Source of the DNA: Paraspadella gotoi
Lineage: Eukaryota > Animalia > Chaetognatha
Assembly: GCA_051294375.1 (NCBI GenBank)
Contig: CM119263.1
Coordinates: forward strand, 454,019-518,018
Length of the DNA: 64,000 nt
Direction of reading: 5' to 3'
The notes under the pieces are model-generated. The model was not told the DNA's origin and ran no database searches. It was given only the letters and a program-made list of their open reading frames with translations. Position 1 is the stretch's first letter; each line of letters starts with the position of its first letter. Shown one piece after another: positions 12,444 through 26,145 of this stretch. A program made the position numbers and the translations under genes.

Positions 12444-15010
12444 ATGTCGGCTTGGACGTGTCGCGGCCCCGTCCGCTTCGTCGTCGTCATCATAGTCATC
12501 CTGTGGCTCGTCTTTTTGGGTCATTTACTCAGCAGCGGAGAAAAGGGCGCCTCGTTCGACATATCTAAGATTCCCTCGCAGGTTTGAACTATTCAGAAGG
12601 ATACTTCTGCGCCCTCAATCTTATTTCCTCTTCTCTGTAAACAATTTCTTCTTTTTCTTAAGTTCAGAGCCTCATCTTTAATTTCTTCATTCTTACTCGC
12701 TTTTTACTCTCACCAATCATTTTGCCCTATAAATTATAATCCTATTCGTTTCTCAGGTTTTGGTGAGGCTTCAAAGCGTCCTGAACCGGACTCGGCTCGG
12801 CGTCGGCCCAGAGAAAGTGAGCGCTTCGCTCCGTTGCTTTTGTAATTCGTTCCTCAACGCTCGATCAAGAAATGACAAATTTCGTCCTCTCTCTCTTTCA
12901 TTCTCTCTCCCGTTGTCTTTTTGTTCCAATCTTTTTATTTCTTTCTCTTTCTCTCTAAATCCCTCTTTCACTCGCTCACATTCTTTCTCTCGCTTACTCT
13001 CTCCTTCTTGCTCCCTCTCTTTCCTCCTTTCACTTCCACTTTCTCTTCCTTTTAATTCCTCTTTCTCAACCTCATACTCTCTCTATCACCCTTCCTCTCG
13101 CTCCCTATCAATTTCTTCTTCACGCTCCTTCTATTTTTCATCCTCTCGCTCTCTCGCTTCCTTTTTTTCTCACTCTCTATTTATATTTTTTTCGCTCCCT
13201 CTATCCTGTCTTCTCACTCATCCTCTCTCTTCCTCTCGCTCGCTCCCTCCTTTTTTCTCGCTTTCTTTTTCTTCGTCTCCCTCTCTCTCCCTTCCTCCCT
13301 CTCTCTCCCTTCCTCCCTCTCTCTCCCTTCCTCCATCTCCTCCCTACCCCATCTCTTCCATATTCCTTCCCTCCCACTCCTCTTCCTTCTTTCAGTTCCC
13401 CATCATTTGGTCGCATCGCGATCCTTCCTTCTCTCGCCTCGATGAAGACTCCATCATCCACGTTCAGTTGACGACGCGTTCGACGACGTTGGGAGGCGCC
13501 GTCGCCGCTGTCAACTCTATCCATTTAAATACTCGTCACCCAGTGAGGTGAAATACTATTCAAGAACCCTCTTTAGCTTTTACGAAAGACGCCAACCTTG
13601 AATCCTCTTAGATTCCACATTTTCGTCGACGACTCTGACGACTCGGTGCAACACCTCGCCAATTGGATGTCCCAGACTCATTTACGGGACGTCGATTACG
13701 AGGTAATATTTCCCCCCGATTTCCTACTCAAGTTTCATTTATCGCAAATGTCAGGCTTTTTTCAGGTCATCCCATTTAACACTTCCCTTCTCGCCGGTCG
13801 GATCGTCTCCTCCTCCTCCCCTCATCCTATGGACCTGGCTCGTTTCTACACGCCCCCTATACTCCTCGCCCGTAGCCCTGGGGCACGCCGCTGGCGGCTG
13901 GTGCATGTCGACGATGATATTCTAGTTCAAGGTTAGGGGGGGGAAAGCGGTCCAAAACTGAAATTCCAATATCGCTTCGGTCTCTTTTAATTCGATCTTC
14001 CTACGCGTCATGGATTTTTCTGTTTAAGGTGACATTTTCGATCTATGGAACCGCACATTCGATGACAAGCGGTGGTCAGCCTTCTCCAACGAGTGCACGG
14101 GGAAACCAAAGGTGAGTAAATATACGAAGTGAAACGAAAAAAAAGTATTATTTGTTTAAAACATTAAATACTTGGACTTCCCATTCTTCTCCAGCACTCC
14201 CTCCACCAACACATCATGTCGGCCTTCGTCAACTTCAAACATCCCGCCATCCGGCGTCTCAAGATTCCGCCGGCGACTTGCGCGATCAACGCTGGAGTCT
14301 ACGTGGTCGACCTCGACTCGTGGTCGAAGCGCAACGTGACGGGGAAGCTTGATCAGTGGTGAGAGACGCCAAGAGTCTTTGTTTGATTAAAAGACGTGAG
14401 GGAATTGTCTTCCACACTGAATCATGAAATCGTTTATTAGGATTGTATTAGGATTGTATAGTGAGGACTTCTATCAGGATTTCCGATGTTTCGCTAGTCG
14501 CCTCCCTTTTCACTCACAGGCTTTCGCTAAATTTTGCCGCGAAAGGAGATCTATTTAACCATCAGCGAGAATTCTCCCCCGCCGCTCCGCCTCTCATGCT
14601 GCTTTTTCACGACAAATATGTGGAAATAAACCCGATGTGGCACGTCAGGTCAGGGCATTTTTTTTTTCAATTGAAGTTTCTTGCTCTATCATTCAAAATC
14701 TGCCAACTCGGTCCGTCGCCGTTTTTAGGGGCCTCGGCGAACCGGCGGGCGAGCGCTACTCTCACCGCTTTTTGGAAAAGGCGCGCCTGCTTCATTGGTC
14801 CGGAGTCAACAAGCCGTGGGGCATCATCGACGAAGCCATGGGCAGGTCCATTTGGGACACCTATTACGTCCACGATCCCTGGAACGTTTTCAAGGTTTTT
14901 TTTTTCTTGATGGAATTTATAAAAAAGAAAGATAACGCTGAATGTTCATCCCGATTTAATTCCAGGTTGTCCGCCAATCCCAGCACAAGTCCGCCCGTCA
15001 CGATTCATGA
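12444..15010 (+). CDS. Glycosyltransferase family 8 domain protein (GLT8D1/2-like)
   Basis: N-terminal signal-anchor (VRFVVVIIVILWLVFLG), AAVNSIHLNT, ARFY, DxD motif HVDDDILVQGDI, INAGVYVVDL, PPLMLLF, INPMWHVR, LHWSGVNKPW. Confidence 0.87.
12885..13392 (+). repeat. ~500-bp CT-rich low-complexity intron tract
   Basis: Near-pure pyrimidine on the + strand, ending at the TTCAG acceptor (~13395). Confidence 0.85.
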
Positions 15011-15785
15011 AGAGTGAAACCGTCGTAGCTTCTTGCTGCGGAATTTGCGAGACTCGTCCATCAGTTGGCCACACTTCAGTGACTGGCACTTCTCTACTTC
15101 CTCTCTTAAATTCCGAAGCATCTTGAAGGAGTTGGTCGTGGGCGAGATGCCACCATTTATATACGTTTTGATGAATCAAAATTTTGTCGTGTGTCGAGAT
15201 GAATCTCTTTAAATTCTTTTTTTTTTTGTTTCGTTTTCTTTGTTTACGAAAAGAGATTTCGTAGCTTCAGCCTGATTTTAAATCGTTGTTTAAGTAGGCT
15301 TAGCTGTTTGCTTGCTTAGTTTTAACTCAAGTAAAATAATTTTTTATTTTAATTTTTTTAATCTCTGAAGTACGCTTTCTGACATATCCCCTCGTGAACG
15401 AAAACAAAAAATTGTGCAATTCCATTCGCTATTGTTGTTTGAGGTTGAACGCCAGAAAATGCTTGCCTCGAAATGAAATGTTTATATTTTTGGATTAATC
15501 ACCAACCGATCTGGTCCGATACTCGGTTAAAAAACCCATTATCATTGTTTTTTCTTTTTCGTAGCTTACGAGAAATTTCATGAACCATTTGTTTTGAACT
15601 TCTTAGGTGTTAACTTGTAAAAGTATTTTATTCTCTAAAAGATAATATGTGGTGACTATAACTAAGCCTCAGCTCGTGGAGAGGGAGGTCCCGAGTTCAA
15701 ATCTTTGTTCAAAACACGGCCATGAAACTTCAGACAAATCTAAGTTAATCTTAGATATATTTGAGAAGCCTGTCTGGCTCGAGCA

Positions 15786-18142
15786 ATGGCTCTGAACCGT
15801 GCCCGGCTCCGCCTGGTGGCCGACAATGGCGAGAACGTCATTCTGGAGACGCGAATCGACGAACCATCGGCCTCGACGCTCAGGTCTCTCCTTGATCTAT
15901 TCCGTCGATTACATCCGGGGGGATCTGAAGTGGGCGCGGTTCAGTATGAAGACGACGAGGGCGACGTCGTCACAGTCACCAACGACGAGGAGGTTAGGAG
16001 GGAAATTTAAATAAGATAATTAATTATGTAATTAACAATTTCAATTTCATACCTTTCTCACGATGAGGTTCGTGAAATGACTCGTTACGCCCGCCTCAAT
16101 TGATCCGAGGACGAAGCTACGATCCGCTTTTAGTTTTCCCAAAATCCGATTCCTCGCTCAACGTAAACAACTTGACCGTCGCCCTCGATTCTTCGCATCG
16201 AGACATTTCGAGAGAAGCCGCCGCCGCCGCATTCCCGAGGCCTCGCGCCTCTTCGAGAAGCAGCGCTGACTTACCTCGGTCTTCTTCCTCACCGCGGAGC
16301 AACAACCCTCCCTTTTCCCTACCCACCTCCTCCTCCTCGCCCTCTCCCTCCTCTCCCCCCTCTCCCCCGTCCTCCGCCATCGTTCAAAATCAAAGCGCGC
16401 GTCAACCCACGGCCGACTTGGGACAGATTCTTTCCCGCGGACAAATTCGCTTCGAGGACCTGGAGTACATAAGATCCTTGGGAAGCGGAAATGGAGGCTC
16501 CGTCTTTTATGCCCTGCACAAATCCTCCCGAACGCCATCTGCCGTTAAGGTGAAAGACGAAATGAGGCGACAATGACGCTTAGAACTGCGATGACGCAAT
16601 CATGTCATGCGATTATGGAAAATGGGTAGATAAGAAATGGTGTGATAATACTTTTGTCAGTGTCGTGAGCCTTTTATTTTACGCATATATTAATTTAGTT
16701 TTCAGTGCATTATGATTATTGATTAACGAATGATGGAGACATTTGAGGCGGTGTGAATATACCGCCACAATATACCAATTTATCCGTAATCCCGAAATTT
16801 AACTATTTCTAGCCCTTATTTAAATTAGGTGATCGGCCTTGAAAGTCCAGACAGAGACATTAAGATTCAAATAATCTCGGAGCTTCAAACTCTTCATCAA
16901 TGCAACACCGACGTCATCATAGGATTCTACGGCGCCTTTTTTAAGTATGAATATTCGGTTGTGAAAGCCACGCCCCGTATTCCTTTTATTTGTCAGCTAT
17001 TGTTTATACACAGGGAGAATAATATTCACATATGTACTGAATACATGGACGGTGGGAGTTTGGATCAATACGGAGCTTTGCCAGAACGAGTTCTCCGATC
17101 TGTTGCTGTTTCAATAATTCAGGGTGAGAAAATATCTGTATCTATGATATAACGTGTAAAAATAATAAATGAATAAAATAAAGTTATTAAAAAGTTAATT
17201 CTCGGTTTGATAAGCGTTTGTCATTTGGCCGGTCTAAGGCCCTTTGTCTAGGATCAGTCTATTCAGTACATTTGAGTTCATCAATGAAAAATAATGCCAT
17301 CATTCAATTTTTTTTTATATTTATCAACTCAACTTGGCCATTGTGAATAATCCATAATACCCAATACATAATTCAGGCCTTCACTACCTCTGGCGCGGTC
17401 TTAAAATCCTCCATCGTGACATTAAGCCTTCTAACGTGCTTGTCAACAGTAGAGGAGAGGTCAGAATTCCTTTTCAATTGTTATTATCTCCATCCCTCCC
17501 TAATTATGCATGATGATCAAAATTGGTTCTCTGTAAAAAATATTAGGAATTGCTTGAGCGTCAGTGGCGATTGAACCGATGAGTTGAAATCTTGTCATTT
17601 GCTAAATGAACTGAACTTAAGGTGAAACTTTGCGATTTTGGAGTCAGCATCCAACTGGTACGTTCCATCGCCAAGTCCTTCGTCGGCACTAACGCCTACA
17701 TGAGCCCAGAGCGAATTTTGGGGAGCGAATACGGAATGGCGGCGGAAATTTGGAGCTTGGGACTCTCGCTCTTGGAGATGGCATTGGGAAGGTACTTTTT
17801 CTTCGCCTTACTGTCAGCGGAAGAAGCCCGTCTAAACATTGTCATTTTTGTTCATGTAGATTCCCGTTCGCTCGTCCCCCAATGGGTCCCTCTTCCGAGT
17901 CCAACGCCGCCTCCGCCCTCTCCTTCATGCAGGTCGTCCTCAATTCTTCCCCGGAACTTCCCGCCGACGGCGCCGCCTCGCCGGAATTCGTGGACCTCAT
18001 TCGCCGCTCTCTCGAGCGAGACCCGAAGGACAGGATTTCGTCGACGGACTTTTCCAGGCATCCCTTCTTTTTCGGAGCGGAAGAGATGGGCGTCGGAGCG
18101 AGGAAGGAGGAGGTGAAGAGGTGGGTGTTGTCGAGAAGGTGA
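15786..18142 (+). CDS. MAP2K5: Dual-specificity MAP kinase kinase 5 (MEK5)
   Basis: N-terminal PB1 domain with acidic OPCA motif [12 protein letters not shown]. Kinase motifs [25 protein letters not shown] and [27 protein letters not shown], matching the MEK5 activation segment. Confidence 0.9.
16744..16770 (+). repeat. 3'-terminal fragment of repeat family B
   Basis: tgaggcggtgtgaatataccgccacaa matches the end of the 38062-38304 element (reverse complement). Confidence 0.75.
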
Positions 18143-18927
18143 TTGGCGGAAACTCGATCCCCGATTGGTCACTTTCTTCTGACTTCGAGTTTAAACTCGG
18201 TGCCTTTGGTTAATAATATTCTACACTTTCGACACCAGTGCCTTTATAATCTCCCTTAATATGTGATTAACTTATTTCTGGCCTGGGTCTCTGCTTTCGA
18301 ATCAGAATTTTCGTTACGAAAATTATTACGTTACATTGTACCTCATGTAATTTTTACTCATGCAGAGAGTAGTATTATTTACTTTGTGATACTTTGTTTT
18401 TGCTTCGACGACATTCGAAACGGACGGGTGATCGTCACCTTTTGTTATTGCCCGCATAATGAACACTTTTGTTCGCTATATGCGTTGTTATCATAGTCAT
18501 TTTATACCCGTTTAACCTTCTCATTGGAATCAACTTTGGGATATCTGGCTTTTGATAGCTGAATCAAATAATATTTGTCTACATTTTTTTGCGACTTAAC
18601 AATCTCTCTTTTATGCCTGGTTTTATTTTTATACGTAACAGGACGACAGTGTCTGTCTTCACTGTTTAAAAAATGGGTTGACCTCATCGGTTGAATTAAC
18701 GAATAATCGTAGACGGTTTGCAAAGCAGCATTCAGGCCAGACGCGATCAAAAAAGCGAACAATTTCTCCAATCGCCATGCATCGAGTATTTTTGGCGAAA
18801 TGTCATCGTCGTTAGGTTTGCAGAAAAATAAATAAGAATGGCGTTGAGCATCGGTTGCCAATGACGACGGCTATTTTGAATCGTACACGACTGCCGACTA
18901 CTAAAACGAGCTTTAGCATAATCCGCA

Positions 18928-21122
18928 ATGTTCGGCCATTGGTCGAACTCTCCCCCCGCCAACTCCGCCCCTTCTTCCCGCCGCTCTCGTGCGGCCACGC
19001 CCGATTCCGTCGCCGGCGAAGAAGGGGAAAGGCCGCGTCGAGCTCGTCGGGGCGGCGGAGGCGGCAATGGAAGCGGGGATCGCAACGCCTGGCCGGCTCA
19101 AGATGATTCCACCGACGAGGAGGATTTCCCAGGAAGGCTCCTACATCAGGTAGGCACTTTTTTTGATGTGGTTGTTTTTGCTGTCGTTCTTTGATTGATT
19201 GATTAATTGATGTATTTTCCGGATTCAGGCATCCATCTACAACAACGTCGAGTTCCTTCAGGATCTTCTTCAAGGCGACGAGGGGAAGAATGTCAACGAA
19301 GTCGACAAATGGGGGAGAAGGTGAAGACAGAGCGAGAACTACGAGTCTCGGCGATTCTTGCTTAGGCAGAGATAGTTCAGGAATAGGCTTGGCTTTTCGA
19401 TTTTCGCCCCTAAAGTCATTCAGGATGCGATCTCAACAAAATTATGGAATTAGTTTCAACGCTTTCAGCCCGCTTCACACGACGGTCTTCTACGACAGCG
19501 TGGATTGCGCGCAGCTGCTTCTCACCGCCGGCGCGGACCCCAACCTTCGCTGCGGGGGCGAACGCGGGAAAAGCCGAACGCCTCTTCACATGGCGGCGCG
19601 AGACGGAAAATGCTCTCTCGTTAGGTAACTTTTTATCGATCGATATTCGATAAGTCCTTCTCACTCGCAGGCTCTCTGATGATGGCAATTTTTCCGAAAT
19701 TAGGCTACTTCTCTGCTACGGAGCCGATATTGAACTAGAAGATGCCGAGGGAAAAAATTCTGTTGATTTGGCGGAATCTAATGGGCAATTAGAGACGCAG
19801 CAGGTAGAAAACATTGATCTTTTAGGGGAAAATGGATGAGATGTGTCCGGACTGGAATGTGAAATAACTTGTTATAACGAAGAAATTTACAAACGTTTTA
19901 TAAATACGTGGTCAATCTTCACCAAGGCCCTCCTTGAGGAACTGTCGGTCCGCGTGAAGCGCCGCTCCGATCTGGAGACTCGTCTCCTCGACGCTTTCCA
20001 ACGAAACGATGTCGCCGGCGTTGGCGAGGCGCTCGAGGCGTTGGGTCCAACCGACGCTGCGAGGGTCATCAACGCCACTCCGTCGGGGATCAGCTCTTTG
20101 CTGTACCGGGCGTCGCACACGGGTCATTTGAGAATTGGTTTTTTCCCCCTTTTGGTTTCCCCTTTAATATTTTAAGTCTTTCGAAATTTTAATCATCTAC
20201 ATTTCTGCTATCAAAGGCTCTCTCGACATGGTTCGCCTACTGATCTCTCACGGTGCCGATGGGCGGCCCCATCCCATCACCCGATACTCGCCCCTCTACG
20301 TGGCGTGCCACACGGGGCGGATCGATGTCGCCGAAGCCATCATCCATCGATTCCCGAATCTCGTGACTGTGGAGACGATCGAGAAGCTGTACCCTCTGCA
20401 CGCCGCCTGCTTTCAGGTTAGAGGAGAAGCTGAATGATCGGGTCTAATCGATCGATGATTTTAATCGAATCTCCTTGACGACAGGGTCACGCTGACATCG
20501 TCAAACTCCTTCTGCAATTTCCTTACGACGTTTCCCTGATGCGTCGCTTCTCTTTTGGTTCCGAGGCTTACGTCGCTCCTTTTGACGGTGACAGAACAGT
20601 GACTCGCTTCTGTACGGCATTAATGCTGAAAAATGTTGTCATTTGTGAGGATTCGATAGTTTTATTTTCAGTAGCCGTATATTTTTTTTTCTTCGTTGTT
20701 TAGTTAACGCGCGAGATATGAACGACCAGACGCCGTTGCACCTGGCCTGCGTGGGCGGCCATCTTGAAGCTGTGAGGATTTTGCTGAGGTGTCGGGTGAG
20801 ACCGGCAAAGGCGGTTGCGTCTTCGGCTCCTGCTTCGAGCGGAACTCCGGTGGAGAAGCAAAGGACAAGGTGAGATGAATGGCTTATAATTCTCCTCTCT
20901 TTCTCTCTTGCTTTAGAATTATTGTACAATTGTATATATCTACTAATATTAAAAATTAACCAAGAAGAAAAATACGTGCTTTCATGTAAACATAAATCGA
21001 CGTCTTCAGATCACTCTTTCTCTCTCTCTCTCTATCTCTCTCTTCTCTCTCTCTTCTCCTTCTCTCTCTTTCTCTCTCTCTCCTCTTTCTCTCTCTCTCC
21101 TCTTTCTCTCTCTCTCTCTCTC

Positions 21123-21170
<48 letters not shown>

Positions 21171-24100
21171 TCTCTCTTTCTTTTCTCTCTCCTCTCTTTC
21201 TTTTCTCTCTCCTCTCTTTCTTTTCTCTCTTCTCTCTTTCTCTCTCTCTTTCTTTTCTCTCTCTCTCTTCTCTCTCTTCTCTCTCTCTTCTCTCTCTCTT
21301 CAGGTCGCCCCTTCCCTCCTTCGAAACGGGAGAAGAGGACATCAACGAGGTTCTCAAAGACGAAGAGGAAGAGGAAGAGGAAGATAATTCCATCGCCCAA
21401 GTCTTTCCTCCAGCCGAGGAAATCGCGGAGGAGATGGTGGAAGAAAAAGAAGCGGACGTCAGCACCGCCTCCAGTCTTGGTCATTATCCTTCTTATTCTT
21501 ATTATTCTTATTATTATTTTTTTATTATTATTATTTTTATTATTATTATTATTATTATTATTCTTAATGATTATCCTTTTTATTTCGCGGTTGAAAAGCA
21601 TTGTCTTAAAATAAAGTTTGCTTTTCATGCCGACAGCCTCCCCTTCCCGCGCTCCTACTCCCTCGGCTCCACCCGTGAAAGGCTTTTGTCCCGTCGAATT
21701 AAACTGTTACTCGGTGGAAGGGATGACGTCTCTTCACGCGGCCGTCGTCCACGGCCACGAGACGGTCGTCGATCTGCTCCTTAGACACGGCTCCAATCTC
21801 TCGCTACCGATCAAGATTCATCCCGAAGCCATGAGCTTCGCCTTTCTGTCTGGCAGTCATCAAGTCGAGGAGGTATAGGCTTTTCCTCATCTACGTTGTA
21901 GCGGGAAGTTTCACCTTTCTAACACACTCTCTCTCTCTCTCTCTCACTCTCTCACAGAATCCAGCTGCTGTACCCGCTACACCATCCGGCCAGCTGCGTC
22001 TGACTTCAGCGCTTGAGGAGGCGGCTCTTCGCGGCCAGGCCTCCATGGTCGACTTGTTGCTGCGACACGGAGCTCGCGTCGGCGTTGGCGCGGGTTAGTA
22101 TTGATTTCTCGCTTTTCTCAATTCTTTCCTCACGATCTCGTCATGATTTTAGGTCTCGTTGGAGGCGGAGGGACTGGTTCCGACGCCGCCGTCGGAGCGG
22201 AGCAGCGGTTGGTGGCAGAGTTGCTGCGTCGCGGCTTCGATGACGTCTTGGCGTCAATTCTTAAACGAAAGACGCACGTCGATCCTGAGTTTAAAGTCAA
22301 CCGCAAGGGGATTTTGAAGAGGGTCTACGGCCCCACTGGAGCTGGCGTCGAAAACGGTATGAAGGAAAAGGATTTAATTCGAAATAATTATAATTATAAT
22401 TATAACTTTCCTCCCACCCTCTTAGCTCCCCTCCCCAACTCCCTCACTGCCATCTCACCCCCTCGCCCCGTCCCCCTTCAACTCCCCTCCTCCGCCGTCG
22501 TCGTCGACTGGCATCACATCCACGAAGCCTTGGATCGCCTCAAGACCTCGTGGCTCGAGGCCGCCGCCGCCATGCACAATCCAACCGTCGGAGGTGTCGT
22601 TGGCGAGCCAGGGACGGCGCCGGAGAAGATCGAAGGGTCCGGAAGGACGGAAAAATCGGGTGAGGAATGAGACAGACAGACAGACATAATGTTTGTGTGA
22701 GAGTAGTAGTAGAATGTGATGTGCTGGTAAAAAAAAAAAGAATCCATTGATAAAATTGTGTGAATTATAATTCTCACCCAATCGTGATCTTTTGTTTCCA
22801 CAGTTCCACTCCCCCTCACCCCCCCTTCCTCCCTCCTCCTCCTCTCCTCCATCACTCGTCTCGACATCTCGGAAAACGGCGTCGGGTCTCTGCCTCTCGC
22901 CGTCTTCCGCCTCAATTCTCTCCGGATGCTCAACGTCGCCTTCAACAAAGTCGACTCTCTTCCCGTCGTCGAGGACGAGGCGCTCGACGACATCAACGTC
23001 GAGGATTCTGGCGGCGGTTGGCAGGTCGGGATGGCTGGAGACATCGCTGGAGTTAACAATCTTTTCTTTTTTTTTTTTTAAATTCTTTGTTTATTTAAAT
23101 AATATGGAATCGTTGATAAATGTCGCTTGTCAACTTATTCATCAGTGCCCTTGTTTGGAAGAGATCGAACTTCAACACAATCAACTGGAGGAAGTCGCCG
23201 AAGAGATTTTTCGCCTCCCATCTTTGCAGAGACTCAACTTGGCGAGCAACTCCATCTCCGAGTTGCCGCTTCAGCTTTGGAAGGTGCGAAACATAAACCA
23301 TTATCTCGAAAATTGGTGAATGCTTCAATGCATCAATGCTTCAATGCTTCAATGCTTCAATCCCACTTCCCTCATTTAGGCGCCGAGTCTTCGCGAGCTC
23401 AACCTGAGCTTCAACCGCCTTTCCTGTCTTCCGTTGGAGCTTCCCCACCGCGTCACCCGCCTTCGCGGATCCGACGTCGGTGGCGTGACCAACAGCCCCA
23501 ACCTCCGGCGTCAACGCCGATACGGCGCCGGAAGTCCTAAGACAACGGGCTCTAGGGTTGATGCGGCGATAACGCCGGGACGGGAGAGATCCAGAACGAC
23601 GGTTAACGACTCCGATAAAAGCAGCGCGACTTTGCAGGTTTGACGACCAAATTGCTTCAACGAATTAGGATGCTTATGATCTGTCAACCCTTTTCTCGTT
23701 TTCCCAGGCGCTGCTCTCCCCGACTCAAATCAGCAAATCCATTTTTCCCTCGATGGAAAAAGAGGCGTCGTCCCCGTCTCTCGCAACTTCCGTCGAGACA
23801 GTCGATTCTCCGACGGCGTCATCGATCGACGACCCATCCCGCGTGCAATCTTTGGCCGGCGCCGTCGCCAACGAAACTGCCCAGACGTCGAGCGGCGCCG
23901 TTTTCGCCAACGGCGTCGAGGACGAGGAAGTCGACGAAGAAGACGACGACACTGGCGAACAGAATGTGGACAGCATGGAGGAGGTTTGTCATTGTTTAAA
24001 TTTACTCGATTTTCATGAAAACTGAAATGATATTAAAATTCCCTCGTGACTCAATGACTCAGGATCACGTGAAGATCTCCCCTTTGACCCGCGCTTCCCT

Positions 24101-26091
24101 TTGGCGTCACAAAATCCGCGTCGAGGATTCGTGGACGTCGACGCCGGACGAAGACGGCGATAGGGGAAAGCGGGGAGGTGGTGGAGGCGGCGGCGGCGGT
24201 GAGAGCAAGAATAAAGGTGATAACTTAATTATTATCACGTTATTAAGAAGAAAAAATAAGACCAAGCCGTGAAATAATTTTAATTTTCCGATTTAAATCC
24301 CGAAAATAAAATTTAAAATTTAAAACTTTTTTGTTTTGTTTACAGACAACGAATTCATTTTTATTTTCAAAGAAGAAAACGTACATGTTTCGGCTAATTT
24401 GTTAGCCTTTATCAGCGAAAAATAAATAATTTTATTATTTGAAAATATAAAAACAATTTGTCTCCAAACAAAAAACAAATTATTTGATTCTCATCTCAAA
24501 CCCGACAAAAAGACAAAAAGACAAAAAGTCCCAAACAAATGAGAATTTTAATTTAAACTCTGAATTTCAGATCAAGCGTCCTCGTCGCCTCTTTTCTCCT
24601 TAAATCTCTCTCATAACCGATTCGACTCCGTTCCTCTCGGACTTCCTTGTCTCGCCCCGAAACTCGCCAAACTCAACCTTTCCCGCAACGAGATCTCAAC
24701 CTTAGGTAAGATAATTATTAATCATTAATTAATTATTAATTAATTCAATTTCTTCTCATATCAGGCTGTGTAAACGCATTCCCCGCTGGGCTCAAGCACC
24801 TCGATCTCTCCGGGAACCGCGCCAACGATTGGCCCGCGCCAATCAGCGACGAGGGTGAGGACGGGTTTCGCTGCTTCGCATTGGGCGCCGCTGGCGAGGA
24901 GTCGGTGGGGTAAGTCTGACTTTTTTAACTTTCTCTTTATTATTACTTAATTTTTTCAATCGATTGTATTTGTATATATTTTCCTTTCTCCCCAGTCACT
25001 CTCCGGAATCTAGTCACTCTGCAGCCCGGCGTCGTGCCGCCTCCCGCACCCGCCACCATCACCTCCTCCTTCAAAGTCCAAAGTCGGGGTCGGCCTCTTC
25101 CACGTCGTCGTCGACGTCGTCGGCGTCCGTCTCAGTTCACTCTCCTCTCTCGTTGCAACACTTCATGATGAGTCGGTTCTGTCCTCATCGCCGCCACTGG
25201 AAGCTCGATCACCTCAAGGTCAACACTTTACATCGTCGCTCACATTCTGAAATACTCACCGAATTTTCACAACGTTTTGACTCTTTTCTAACTTCCTTCG
25301 CAGACGCTTTCGCTGGCGAACAACCACTTGGACAGAATCGCCCTCAGCTTGGAGGATGCGATGACACCAACGTCCAGATTTTGTCACCAGGAGTCGACGA
25401 CGACGACGTCGACTGGCGCCGCCAAAGAAAACGAACCCAACCGAGAGAGGGCGCAGACGATCGCCGCCATTCCATTAAACGAGTACAATTTAAAAAGGGT
25501 GTGGTTATTGCCGTTAACCTCTGGGTTTATTACTATCTCTTATTCTCTCTTCTCTTTCCCTTTCCCTTTTCCCTTCCCTTCTCCTTTTCTCCTTTTCCCC
25601 TTTCCCTTTCCCTTTCCCTTTTCCCTTCCTTCCCTTCCCCTTTCCCTTTTCCCTTCTCCTTTCCCTTTTCCTTTTCCCTTTCCCCTTCCCTTTTCCCTTC
25701 CCTTCCCCTTTTCCCTTCCCCTTTTCCCTTCCCTTTTTCCCTTTACCCTTTCCCTTTTCTCCTTTCCCTTTTCCCATTTCCTCTTTTCCCTTTCCCCTCT
25801 CCCCTCTCCCCTCTCTCTTTCAGTCCCGAATCCTCGTCCTCCGAAAAAAAATCCTCTTCCTCGACGAAGAAGAAGTCGTGGCTCCTGTTCCCCAACGTGT
25901 CCCATCTCGACGTCGCCGGGAACCGCATCTCCATCGTTCCGTCGACCATCGCCGAGTTGTCCGCTCTCACCATCCTGAGCCTCGGTCACAACCCGGACAT
26001 CGTCGAGCTTCCGCCCGAGATGGGGCTGCTCAGCAAACTCTGGAATCTCGATCTCAAGGGTGAGTCAAGATAAATTCGCCTCCTATTTCGT

Positions 26092-26145
<54 letters not shown>

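Noticed and set aside
12760-13551. 263-aa Ser/Leu/Pro-rich ORF
   Set aside because: Read-through of two GLT8D exons across a CT-rich intron.
15648-15705. tRNA-like T-arm GGTCCCGAGTTCAAATC
   Set aside because: B-box-like only; no cloverleaf or acceptor stem. At most a decayed SINE head.
19676-19705. CTGATGA...GAAA hammerhead-like match
   Set aside because: Stem II is only 2 bp, there is no stem III or NUH site, and it overlaps a splice acceptor.
20922-21628. Long ORFs on both strands (LSLSLS / ERERER peptides)
   Set aside because: Artefacts of CT and ATT microsatellites in LRRK introns. Only a short acidic exon from ~21304 is likely real.
25328-25989. ORFs with FPFPFP / GKGKGK peptides
   Set aside because: Produced by the TTTCCC intron tract.
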